Shown piece after piece: positions 53,133 through 64,000 of a stretch of DNA of 64,000 bases. The stretch spans positions 44,268,001 through 44,332,000 of the forward strand of contig OZ024756.1 of assembly GCA_964016885.1 (NCBI GenBank), given 5' to 3'. The position numbers and the translations under genes are program-made. Source of the stretch: Eledone cirrhosa. Lineage: Eukaryota. The first letter of the stretch is position 1. Each line of letters begins with the position of its first letter. The notes beneath the pieces were generated by a model. The model saw nothing but the letters and a program-made list of their open reading frames with translations, ran no database searches and was not told the origin of the DNA.

Positions 53133-53241
<109 letters not shown>

Positions 53242-53551
53242 AGGAAAGGGACCAAGAGAAGGGGAAAGAGACCAAGAGAAGGGGAAGGAGCCTCTTCTTC
53301 TTTGGATAGTTTATCCATTGAATCCGTTTATCGAAAAAACGGACTCTCGCTAGGTTGGTTTCAGTGCATGGTTGTAAAGACACCATTGAAAGGAAATGAT
53401 AAGTATTGGCGAAAGAATTAACCTGATACAATAATATATATGAAACCCATTTAAAATGGAAAACTGATGTCGATGGTTCTCTAAAGTTGTTAGTATCGGG
53501 ATACTAAATACATACACAAGGACGCTCACATACAAGCACACACACACACAC

Positions 53552-54103
53552 ATATTTTCTCATAGCAATATGGACGAGTACAATCAATTGTCCTTCCCTT
53601 GCGATTAACTTTACTGATATAGTGATGAAAAAATTATACGTAATATCATTTTAAAATCCAGATATGTTTTCTAATGAACCACATAAAATATCTATGAGGA
53701 TCTTGAAAGTCTTCGGAAGATATATATCAGCACCTGTCTCTCTCTCCCCCTCTCCCTTTCTCTCTCTCTCACACACACACCGGTATCTTGGAGAAAATAT
53801 GTGGTTGTGTATAAAGCTTTAGCTTTAGCTCTATACACACCCACATATTTTCTCCAAGATACCGGTGTGTGTGTGAGAGAGAGAGAAAGAGAGAGGGAGA
53901 GAGAGAGAGAGAGAGAGACAGGTGCTGATATATATCTTCCGAAGACTTTCAAGATCCTCATAGATATTTTATGTGGTTCATTAGAAAACATATCTGGATT
54001 TTAAAATGATATTACGTATAATTTTTTCATCACTATATCAGTAAAGTTAATCGCAAGGGAAGGACAATTGATTGTTCTCGTCCATATTGCTATGAGAAAA
54101 TAT
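53552..54103. repeat. Near-perfect fold-back (inverted duplication) with ~265-bp arms
   Basis: The left arm is the reverse complement of the right arm around a centre near 53820. Confidence 0.9.
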
Positions 54104-54873
54104 ATCTAAGATAACTTCAATGTAGATAAAACTGCAGTTTATATATTATAAACATTGCTGTGAACATATATGTGTGTCAACACACTTTCTGGTATTTTCT
54201 TTATAAACAGATAAAGCAAACATAAGACATATCTTTTTGCTTTTCAGGAGAGGACGACACACATAGTTATACTTAAAAGTGTAATTCTTGTAGAAAAATC
54301 CCCCACGAATAAGTATGATTTATATAATAATAATAGTAGTAGTAATGGTAGTGGCAGTAGTAGTGTGTGTTAGTGTAGCCGTAATTGCTCTCTGTTCAAA
54401 GAGAAATGCCGTATGCAGGTGATTATCCTTTAATAATATAAGTTTCGTGGATGAAAAAAATCTCTATGTAGTTATATTTTTTTACAAAGAGGATGGTTTA
54501 CCTTCTAATACATCATATGAAATATGTTTAGAAATCTTTAATAAAAACAAATACACACACACACACACACATTATATATATATATATATATATATTATAA
54601 AGTATGTCCATAGAATCATTTGATAATATATATACACCATTTCCTCTCCCAATTAGCATAATTAAGAAGTCAATTAGACCAGGCTATAAGATTAAAAGGC
54701 ACCTATGAAGAAATAGTAAATAAATAAACGATACCAATCTCTTCGCGGCCAACCGCCATAGAGTATTTACCCAACATTTCAACAGCACGTGGAAATCAAT
54801 TAAATATACGGTCAACCATACACAATTAGGTATAAAATTAAAGTTAGAAATGCTTATATACATACCAGGATTA

Positions 54874-54955
54874 TGTCCCTACCCTTGGGTTTCGTTCGCA
54901 TTTTGATATATCCTATTAAGGATAAAATCTTGAGCTTCGAACTCGTCAGGAGACA
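54874..54955 (-). ncRNA. Hammerhead ribozyme with long stem II, in an element of about 54597-55055 between (TA)n tracts
   Basis: Minus strand: tgtctc CTGACGA gttcg...attttatcct taat aggata...cgaac GAAA ccc aa ggg TA gggaca; canonical core; GUA site. Confidence 0.87.
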
Positions 54956-55339
54956 AACTCGTCAGGACAGATTATTTTCTAAAGTGGTCCCCGTGAATGG
55001 TTGCCAAAACACATATATATCTGTGACTATGTTTAGTTTGTATATGTAAATCTTTATATATATATATAGTACCAATAACGCACTAGGAACGATTTAACCG
55101 ACTCTCCCCCTCCCCCAAAATTGTTTTCTTATGCCTAAATCAGAAACCATTATTAGTGTTTATGGCTTAGTAGATAAGGAATTGGAATCATAATCATGAG
55201 GTTGCGAGTTCGATTCCTGGACCGGTAGATAGTATTGGCAATAGAAGGACCAATAGAAACGTTGTTCCTTTACTGCGATTTGACGAGTTCCACCCCACTC
55301 GGTAAGCGAGTGAAGTCTATTGCTTGAATTTACAAGGCA

Positions 55340-55722
55340 TTCGCTTGTGGGAAACGTTAGTGTATTGGACAAAATGTTTTGCGGTATTTGTTCTAAGTCT
55401 TTACATTCTAATTTCAAATCTCACTAAGATCAACTTTGCCTTTCAATCATCGGGCGTCGATAAAATAAAGTATCACTTAGAACTGGGATCGATTTAATCA
55501 AATATAGCTTTCCTTCATATTTGTTGTCCTTGTGTTTAAATTAGTAAACAATATTACTTCATCCCATACTACATTAGGTTCAAGTATAATTTCATATTTA
55601 CCTAATCACAATTATTTATTCCAGGGTCGATAAAATAAAGTTCCAGTTAAGTACTGGGGCCGTTATAATCTATTTTTACTCCCCACAAAATGATTGACCT
55701 TATGTCTAAATTATAAACGTTT
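55340..55722 (+). mobile_element. Two diverged SINE copies, plus a tRNA-like SINE head at about 55160-55225
   Basis: aactttgcctttca...gtcgataaaataaag motifs; B-box gagttcgattcc. Confidence 0.7.
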
Positions 55723-56984
55723 ATTACCTAAATATTCATATAAAACATTCATGTTATATGTAAAAAAAAAAAAATATATATATATATATATACAAAAACA
55801 TAAACTAGTGGCAAATTTTGAACCAACAAATTTCAGATAAGAGATTAATGAGGAAACAGATTGTTTTGATTTTTATCATGTTTCAGTAACGAAATTGACT
55901 GCGCCTTCTACTTAGAAATATTCCAGAGGTGAGTTTCCCTAATTGCAATCCAACTCACTGTAACACCTGATCCTCATATTTATTAATAATAATATTTAAG
56001 AATTTTAATTTTCGCAATCAAATTTCGTTCACAGAAAATATACCTTCGTAATAGGGAAAAAAAACGACTTCCCTCTATAGTAATTCTACGTTTTTAAACA
56101 TAAATCTTTTCTTGAAAAAAATAACTGATAAAGTTTCTCTCCACTGTGTTTCAGAACAAAAAGTAAGATCAGCCTAAGATCTTATAAAGATGTACCTCTA
56201 AACAAAATTTCATCTGCGTTTGTACGCTAAACAGAGGCCTACTGCTATCATTATATATTCAGTCATATTTATAGAGCAACATGTATTTATTTCCTGTAAA
56301 AACAACATGATAGATACAATATGACAATAAATGATACACACACACACATGCCGCTAAGTGATACAGATATTCACACACCCACTAAGTGATACACAGACAC
56401 ACACATACACTAAGTGATACACACACATACAAAAAATGATACACACACATACGGAGGTAGATGTGTGTTCTGTGATTTACTAAAACAAGAAAAACACGCA
56501 ACGTTACTGAATACATTCAGATTTTTGTTTTAGATTTTATTTTTGTGCTTTGTTTTAGGCCAATAAATTTAACATTGACCAGATTTGAACACAGGGTGTA
56601 AAACTATGTAACTAAACACCACAGCGCATTTATTTTAGATATTTTTGGTCTTTGTTTGTCTTTATTTCTGACAGTTTCTGTTCAGGGGCCAAACTCAGGA
56701 TTAGTGCAACATGAGCAAGGTAGAAGGGTGTAAACTACATACTGCAATCCGATAGTTTTTTCGTTTCTATTTTTTTTTTTATTGATATATAATTTACATG
56801 GAAGCGTTTAAAACGCAAAGTCATCTCAAGTGAAATTTGAACTCGGAGAAATATAAAAATATAAATCTATTTTGGGATTCATCGAAAGGCTGTCAGGTAT
56901 TTTGTTTTTTTAACTTGGCGACTTTTAAATTTATTGTATATTGAATTATCACTTAAGGAAATTAAACCCTCGTTTATCTCTCTC

Positions 56985-57019
<35 letters not shown>

Positions 57020-57051
57020 GTGACGCGCGTCACGCGATCGATCATATCAAG

Positions 57052-57086
<35 letters not shown>

Positions 57087-57119
57087 AATATATATATATA
57101 TGTGCATATGTGTGTGTAT

Positions 57120-57166
<47 letters not shown>

Positions 57167-57649
57167 CACACACACACATTTATATAAAATTTAATTTTTT
57201 TTACAATTTGCTCCCAATCCACTAGTTGAAAATATATTTTTTTTTTAAATTAAAATTGCGCCAATTTTAAGAAATCGATCTAACAACCATGTCTCATGGT
57301 TTTAAAAAATAAATTCATCCTCGTCGAAATTTGAACATCCAGAAATATTTGAATGCAACTCAATAACAAAAAGCATTTTTATTTTATTGTTGAATTTTTT
57401 TTTTTGTGGAGTGTGGATCAAAAGAGGGGATTTAAGTTGGTTTATGGTGACTCCAGAACTGGAACCGAGAAAATAAATTATAAGACGCCAAGGTATTTTA
57501 TTTTCCTTTTTGCAGCTTTCCTTACTGGAAGTCGGGTATAGAAGTCCACTACATGATACTAAGTTTTTACCATTTCATTAAATCTCTCCTCTCCACCGTT
57601 CGACACTCGACATAACCCTCCTCCCCACAACCTCATAAATAAGGGTTTT

Positions 57650-57870
57650 TGATTTAAACAAAAGGCCAGCAATTTTTGGAGGGGGTAAGTCCATTTAATT
57701 GACCCCAGATCGTTACTGGTACTTTATTTTATCGACCCCCCCCCCCGTAAGGATGAACAGAAAAGCAAACCTCGGCAGGATTAGAACTCAGAACATAAAG
57801 GGTTGTAACTCTATGCTGCAAAGCATGGTGTCCGACGCTCTACCGATTATTGTCAATTCACCACCCTCAC
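57650..57870 (-). mobile_element. tRNA-derived SINE
   Basis: Reverse complement of the main SINE. Confidence 0.8.
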
Positions 57871-58672
57871 AACGTCATAAATAATATCATTGTTTTCATC
57901 AACGTTTCATTTCAACAGAGTTGTATATAGAAAATCACTTCCATATGTTGTCAGTAATGGAATGGGTTGGACGGGGACATAATTTTATAAATCAAATATG
58001 AACAGAATAGAAAATTTGAAGACAGATCAACAATTCATATTTGAATTATCACTTTACTAATAAGAGGTTTTAATTTAAAATAATCACGACTGACCACTTG
58101 TGTTCTTTGACATGTGATTGTGGCCGAATCTGACAGGTTTCCAGGAGTTCATCGATTTTCTTTTTTTTTTTTTTAGATTTTTACAGTCTTCGATGACACA
58201 TTCCATGTTTGGCGTTATTGGTAATTAAATTGTTCTTAAACTTAGTCAACACTAAATTATTTTTGTTGTTAGTATTTTACTATTTTAGGATATTTAAATA
58301 TATGTAAATACATGAGAGAAATACAACAAAATAACATATTTACATAATAACTGTTTTGACATCAATACACATATGCTTATATACGTATATATATTATATA
58401 TAGATATACATACATACATATAGCAGGGGCGGTGGTTTCTACTAATTCCCTGGGGAATTGGTTGACCAAATGCTTTGCTTAATTGTTTTTTTTTGTTTTT
58501 TGTTTTTTATTTATTCTTTCTCTTAGACTTCAGATTTTTGAAAGCTAAGCATTGGCCCCTAAAATACTAGTGAAGATTGACAAGTCGACCCTAAATATGA
58601 CTAATAGCTCTTTTTAACTTTGATTTTGAAAGTAAGTTTATAATTATCAATTTTCATTATACTTTTGTAGCT

Positions 58673-58880
58673 GTCTCGGCGGCCTAGTTGGAGGAATCAT
58701 AGACAGTGGTGATCCTGGTCTGATGTTCGATCCTGGTCGGGAGTAGGGTTCCCGGTAAACCTTTTCAGTTTTTTTTCTATGGGTTGTAAAATAAAAACGA
58801 TTACATGTACCTCTCGAGCAGGATTGAACCCATGACCAGGATCTCCACCGTCTGTAGTTCATACCACTAGTTCACTGAGA
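58673..58880. other. Convergent pair of related tRNA-like (A/B box) sequences
   Basis: Plus strand 58673-58745 gtctcggcggcctagttgg...agacagtggtgatcctggtc..gttcgatcctg; minus strand 58810-58880 gtctcagtgaactagtgg...agacggtggagatcctggtc..gttcaatcctg. Confidence 0.6.
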
Positions 58881-59334
58881 CTGCTACTGAAAGCTATTGA
58901 AAATTCATACTTATAAACCTACTTCCAAAATAAAGTGTTGTGGTGTCGTTCATGTCTTTCCTAATGCTATTGTTCCTACTTACGGTTGACTTTTAAATCA
59001 TTTGGGTGTTCCATAAACTACATCCTCGTTTTGTTTCGCATCTATCTAGACTATATTTTAACCTGTAATCCATGTTTCATTTCTGTTGCACCTCATTTAG
59101 TCTCTCTCTTTCTGTGATATTTGAATCTACTATGATTTGGCTTACCGTATTCATATATCTATGTTTTTGCATGTCAATTAGATTCAAACTAACAATGATT
59201 ACATAGGAGATGGATAAATTGGGTATAATACCAGTTTCTTACCAAATGCGAAGAAACTCGATAGATTAAACCTAACCCTAACCCTTTAGGAAAGGGAACA
59301 GTGCATCATTTTATTTTTATTTTATATATATATA

Positions 59335-59541
59335 CAGTGGCGGTGGAATTGTGGAGGGGTATGCCCCTCCCCCTCCAATAATTATATTTTCTCCCCACAC
59401 ACATCTATTTGGATATGTGCTACAATATGTGCTTATCGCATGTTGAAGTTTTCTGACCATTTTAAAGTGCAAAGAGCTAAACTAATCACTACAACTAAAT
59501 TGTTCAACCCACCCGATTCATAAATACTTCCACCACCTCTG
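59335..59541. mobile_element. MITE with 14-bp imperfect TIRs (hAT-like CAG ends) in TA-rich DNA
   Basis: cagtggcggtggaa ... ttccaccacctctg. Confidence 0.6.
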
Positions 59542-59542
59542 T

Positions 59543-59615
<73 letters not shown>

Positions 59616-59618
<3 letters not shown>

Positions 59619-59888
59619 CGAAGGAAATGTGGTAAGGAACCAGGTGGACCATAACGCACCAAAGTACTCAATACTTAGGGTAGTAGAGTGGGTAATAGGA
59701 ACAAGTAAGACCCCGACGGCTGAGCTCAAGCCGTTTCGACGGCTAATTCTGAGTCCAGAATTAGCCATCGAAACGGCTTGAGCTCAGCCGTCGGGGTCTT
59801 ACTTGTTCCTATTACCCACTCTACTACCCTAAGTATTGAGTACTTTGGTGCGTTATGGTCCACCTGGTTCCTTACCACATTTCCTTCG

Positions 59889-59891
<3 letters not shown>
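59616..59891. repeat. Fold-back element with 136-bp arms and a 4-nt loop, in (TA)n
   Basis: 59616-59751 versus 59756-59891; one mismatch seen. Confidence 0.92.
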
Positions 59892-59956
<65 letters not shown>

Positions 59957-59962
<6 letters not shown>

Positions 59963-61345
59963 AAATAACAGGAGGCTGGACTGGTGTAAATCCTTGAAAG
60001 GTTTATTATACTATGATCATTTCAATGACCGGGTTCCATATGAATCCGGTGATATCATCAGGTATTGGAATATAACAAAGGAATATGTAAAAACCATGGG
60101 TCCGAAAAATCAGAGACAGGGACAAAGAGGACGACTGACCAACTAGCTGCTTGGGCAATCGCCCTCAAAATGGTGGCAACTTAATCTACTAATGAACATC
60201 TGGTGAGGGGGCGAAGGCTTATAATGCACTACCACCTCTCCGCCAAAGAAAAAGGGGAAGAAAGAAAGAAAGGGAGAATGAAGTCAGCGTAAGGGTCACA
60301 CTACCTTCATGCTAGAAAATGCCGCGAAAAAATGCTATTCCAAAGAATCTATAATGGGTGTCTGTATGGTCTAATGTGTGAACCGAAGATTGGAACGTTA
60401 AACTTATGTTGCGAGTTATAGGATGAAATTAAATTAAATTAAAAATATTAAATTGAAAAATGATAAATTGAAAAATAAGTTATTAGAGAATTAAAGGTTA
60501 AGATAGCGAGATTTATTTATTTAATGAACTTACGGAGAGAGTCTTATATGAAAAAATTTATCTCGGTAAGATATTAGGATGGGATATAGAGTAAAGATTT
60601 CGATTGGGAGTCCCAGCCAGCACCCCCTCTCCCCACCATGAGTCAGCCAGTCTCGAGTGGTATCGTCCAGCGAAAGATATGGAAATTAATTTTTCCGAGT
60701 AATCTAGGAACGTAGCTACCTTAGGCCTCGGGAGCGCTAGCGGGAACTTCACAATTTCGACAGGCCATCGTCTATACCAAACGAATACTATTAAATCACA
60801 CACGAGGGGTTTATTTACGTGCCAGTAGAGGCATGATACAGCTAATAGTTATGCCTAAACTTGGAGTTTATAGGTACAAGTATAATATGGCGGCCAAAAC
60901 AGGCGGCGCGGTGGGACCGGAGCAAAGCAACCGCTCCGAGTAATTTCGTTTACCGAAAGAGGAGAAATTTATTTTTCCGAGTGCCCAGCGCGCAGCCGGG
61001 AAAAGCCACCACACAAGTCGAAGGTAGCAACCCAATGAAAAGTGTAAATAGACCAAAATTATTTTAAAGTCCCAGTTAGTCCGGGTTATAAGTAGTGTGG
61101 TTCTCAGGTTTATTATACTATGATCATTGAAATGATCATAGTATAATAAACCTTTCAAGGATTTACACCAGTCCAGCCCCCTGTTATTTTATTTTATTTA
61201 TAATTAACTCCGTATTCGCACCACCAACTACACAAACGAAGATGGGTGAACTGCACTGCGTTGAGTACTCTTCACAATATTACACCAGGATTGACAATAC
61301 GGAATGACCAGTTCTATCCAGTGGTGAACCAACAAACCTAAAGAA
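59957..61345 (-). mobile_element. Non-autonomous PLE-type element: unit, start of a second tandem repeat, then inversion and tail
   Basis: 59957-60027 is inverted at about 61125-61195; 61106-61128 directly repeats 59999-60021; flanked by (TA)n. Confidence 0.75.
60008..60065 (-). ncRNA. Hammerhead ribozyme
   Basis: Minus strand: atac CTGATGA tatc accgg.ttc..atggaa.ccggt catt GAAA tgatca TA gtat, then AATAAA; palindromic stem III ATGATCAT. Confidence 0.8.
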
Positions 61346-61436
61346 ATATATATATATATATATACCAACAAACCTAAAGATATATATATATATAAAATAT
61401 ATATATATAAAATATTTTCATATCATTCCAATACAA

Positions 61437-61553
61437 AGGTCTGACGACATGGTGTGTCTGCTTACAGTGTACCTTCGGTTTATGATAATATTTTTATATT
61501 ATTCAAATAGCGAGGTATAGGTAACCCATACACTATAGAAACAATTGTTACCT
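61437..61553 (+). ncRNA. Hammerhead ribozyme with ~90-nt stem II, in a short element of about 61410-61600
   Basis: aggt CTGACGA c atggtgtgt...atacactat a GAAA caattg TT acct AATAAA; palindromic stem III; predicted GUU cleavage after 61549. Confidence 0.82.
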
Positions 61554-61729
61554 AATAAATTCTGTATACCCGCATTTCCATTTCATAAACTTCTTCTCCA
61601 TATATATATATATATAAGTTGAAAAAAATGAAAACGAAATTTCATTTCTCACTCTTAGTATGGCACTTACTTAAATGTAAGTATGTATGTATACGTACAT
61701 ACATATATGTATACAGACGTACAGTAGCA

Positions 61730-61806
<77 letters not shown>

Positions 61807-61990
61807 ATACATATACATATATATACACACATGCACACAGGTACACATACATATATGCACGCATCAGTTTAGCCGACGTTTATTATAACGCAGCTTTGTT
61901 CGTTTGTTTGTCAACAAACAGAACAGCCTGAATTTATGCCATACGGTGTTAAGGCAACCACGTCACCTTTTTGTTCAACACTGACACAGG

Positions 61991-62035
61991 AACGATGTAC
62001 TAGTTTCAAGCTTGTTAGCTATCATCAGCACCGTT
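61991..62035 (-). ncRNA. Minimal hammerhead ribozyme
   Basis: Reverse complement of 63609-63653. Confidence 0.85.
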
Positions 62036-62269
62036 TACCCATCTGCCAGATAGTTGAACGTTCGAAAGTATATACTTTCCTTATGAAAATTAACGGCTGA
62101 GCAGCCTAATTTGCATATTGAGTGAGTTAAATCGGTCAGGCATTCCGAAAACGATAAGTTGAAAAAAATGAAAACGAAATTTCATTTCTCACTCTTAGTA
62201 TGGCACTTACTTAAATGTAAGTATGTATGTATACGTACATACATATATGTATACAGACGTACAGTAGCA

Positions 62270-62338
<69 letters not shown>

Positions 62339-62504
62339 ACACACATGCACACAGGTACACATACATATATGCACGCATCAGTTTAGCCGACGTTTATTAT
62401 AACGCAGCTTTGTTCGTTTGTTTGTCAACAAACAGAACAGCCTGAATTTATGCCATACAGTGTTAAGGCAACCACGTCACCTTTTTGTTCAACACTGACA
62501 CAGG

Positions 62505-62549
62505 AACGATGTACTAGTTTCAAGCTTGTTAGCTATCATCGGCACCGTT
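62505..62549 (-). ncRNA. Minimal hammerhead ribozyme, CCGATGA core variant
   Basis: tcatcgg on the plus strand equals a U4>C change. Confidence 0.65.
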
Positions 62550-62783
62550 TACCCATCTGCCAGATAGTTGAACGTTCGAAAGTATATACTTTCCCTATGA
62601 AAATTAACGGCTGAGCAGCCTAATTTGCATATTGAGTGAGTTAAATCGGTCAGGCATACCGAAAACGATAAGTTGAAAAAAATGAAAACGAAATTTCATT
62701 TCTCACTCTTAGTATGGCACTTACTTAAATGTAAGTATGTATGTATACGTACATACATATATGTATACAGACGTACAGTAGCA

Positions 62784-62847
<64 letters not shown>

Positions 62848-63013
62848 TATACATATATATACACACATGCACACAGGTACACATACATATATGCACGCAT
62901 CAGTTTAGCCGACGTTTATTATAACGCAGCTTTGTTAGTGAGAAATGAAATTTCGTTTTCATTTTTTTCAACTTATCGTTTTCGGTATGCCTGACCGATT
63001 TAACTCACTCAAT

Positions 63014-63062
63014 ATGCAAATTAGGCTGCTCAGCCGTTAATTTTCATAAGTAAAGTATATAC
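63014..63062 (+). promoter_or_regulatory. Candidate snRNA-type promoter cassette (octamer, PSE-like element, TATA), present in each full unit
   Basis: ATGCAAAT 63014-63021, ctcagccgttaa 63029-63040, gtatatac 63055-63062; function is inferred. Confidence 0.4.
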
Positions 63063-63094
63063 TTTCGAACGTTCAACTATCTGGCAGATGGGTA

Positions 63095-63139
63095 AACGGT
63101 GCTGATGATAGCTAACAAGCTTGAAACTAGTACATCATT
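63095..63139 (+). ncRNA. Minimal hammerhead ribozyme
   Basis: aacggtg CTGATGA t agct aaca agct t GAAA ctag TA catcatt; predicted cleavage after 63132. Confidence 0.82.
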
Positions 63140-63305
63140 CCTGTGTCAGTGTTGAACAAAAAGGTGACGTGGTTGCCTTAACACCGTATGGCATAAATTC
63201 AGGCTGTTCTGTTTGTTGACAAACAAACGAACAAAGCTGCGTTATAATAAACGTCGGCTAAACTGATGCGTGCATATATGTATGTGTACCTGTGTGCATG
63301 TGTGT

Positions 63306-63359
<54 letters not shown>

Positions 63360-63608
63360 ATATATATATATGGATGCTACTGTACGTCTGTATACATATA
63401 TGTATGTACGTATACATACATACTTACATTTAAGTAAGTGCCATACTAAGAGTGATTAATGAAATTTCGTTTTCATTTTTTTCAACTTATCGTTTTCGGT
63501 ATGCCTGACCGATTTAACTCACTCAATATGCAAATTAGGATGCTCAGCCGTTAATTTTCATAAGGAAAGTATATACTTTCGAACGTTCAACTATCTGGCA
63601 GATGGGTA

Positions 63609-63653
63609 AACGGTGCTGATGATAGCTAACAAGCTTGAAACTAGTACATCGTT
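63609..63653 (+). ncRNA. Minimal hammerhead ribozyme
   Basis: aacggtg CTGATGA t agct aaca agct t GAAA ctag TA catcgtt; 7-bp stem I; predicted cleavage after 63646. Confidence 0.87.
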
Positions 63654-63822
63654 CCTGTGTCAGTGTTGAACAAAAAGGTGACGTGGTTGCCTTAACACCG
63701 TATGGCATAAATTCAGGCTGTTCTGTTTGTTGACAAACAAACGAACAAAGCTGCGTTATAATAAACGTCGGCTAAACTGATGCGTGCATATATGTATGTG
63801 TACCTGTGTGCATGTGTGTATA

Positions 63823-63884
<62 letters not shown>

Positions 63885-63937
63885 TGGTACTGTACGTCTG
63901 TATACATATATGTATGTACGTATACATACATACTTAC

Positions 63938-63983
<46 letters not shown>

Positions 63984-64000
63984 TAAAATAACAGATTAAA

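Larger units (their letters stand above)
61614..63941. mobile_element. Retrozyme-like tandem array, ~514-bp unit: about 2.5 units on - (61614-62936) then about 2 units on + (62937-63941)
   Basis: HHRs at 61991, 62505, 63095 and 63609 (514-bp spacing in each arm); units nearly identical apart from internal (TA)n length; (TA)n flanks. Confidence 0.9.

Noticed and set aside
59268-59285. Telomeric (CCCTAA)n
   Set aside because: Only about 2.5 units; not meaningful.
61614-63941. CRISPR-like array or ordinary satellite
   Set aside because: No unique spacers and a eukaryotic context; the HHRs and a dispersed diverged relative fit a retrozyme better.

Overview
AT-rich eukaryotic DNA packed with (TA)n, (CA)n and trinucleotide microsatellites. 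The tRNA-derived SINE and overall repeat content point to a cephalopod, probably Octopus (inference). No host gene could be identified with confidence. There are two long Penelope-like retroelement (PLE) ORFs encoding RT plus a C-terminal GIY-YIG endonuclease: a Naiad-type element at 17947-20409 (-) and a 5'-truncated Neptune-type element at 23178-25463 (-). The main non-obvious signal is about 25 hammerhead ribozyme (HHR) motifs, intact or degenerate, folded by hand and belonging to about 12 unrelated sequence families. Nearly all lie in short non-coding elements inserted in (TA)n tracts, many with the PLE-style tandem plus 5'-inverted layout and a palindromic stem III. One family forms tandem retrozyme-like arrays (422-bp unit at 10.4-11.1 kb, about 514-bp unit at 61.6-63.9 kb) with a conserved octamer/PSE-like/TATA cassette just upstream of the HHR. 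Also present: many SINE copies, LINE 3' fragments, a Merlin-like TIR element with an 8-bp TSD carrying a LINE fragment, a non-autonomous Helitron, mariner ends and a hAT-like MITE. All structures were paired by eye and no database search was run.
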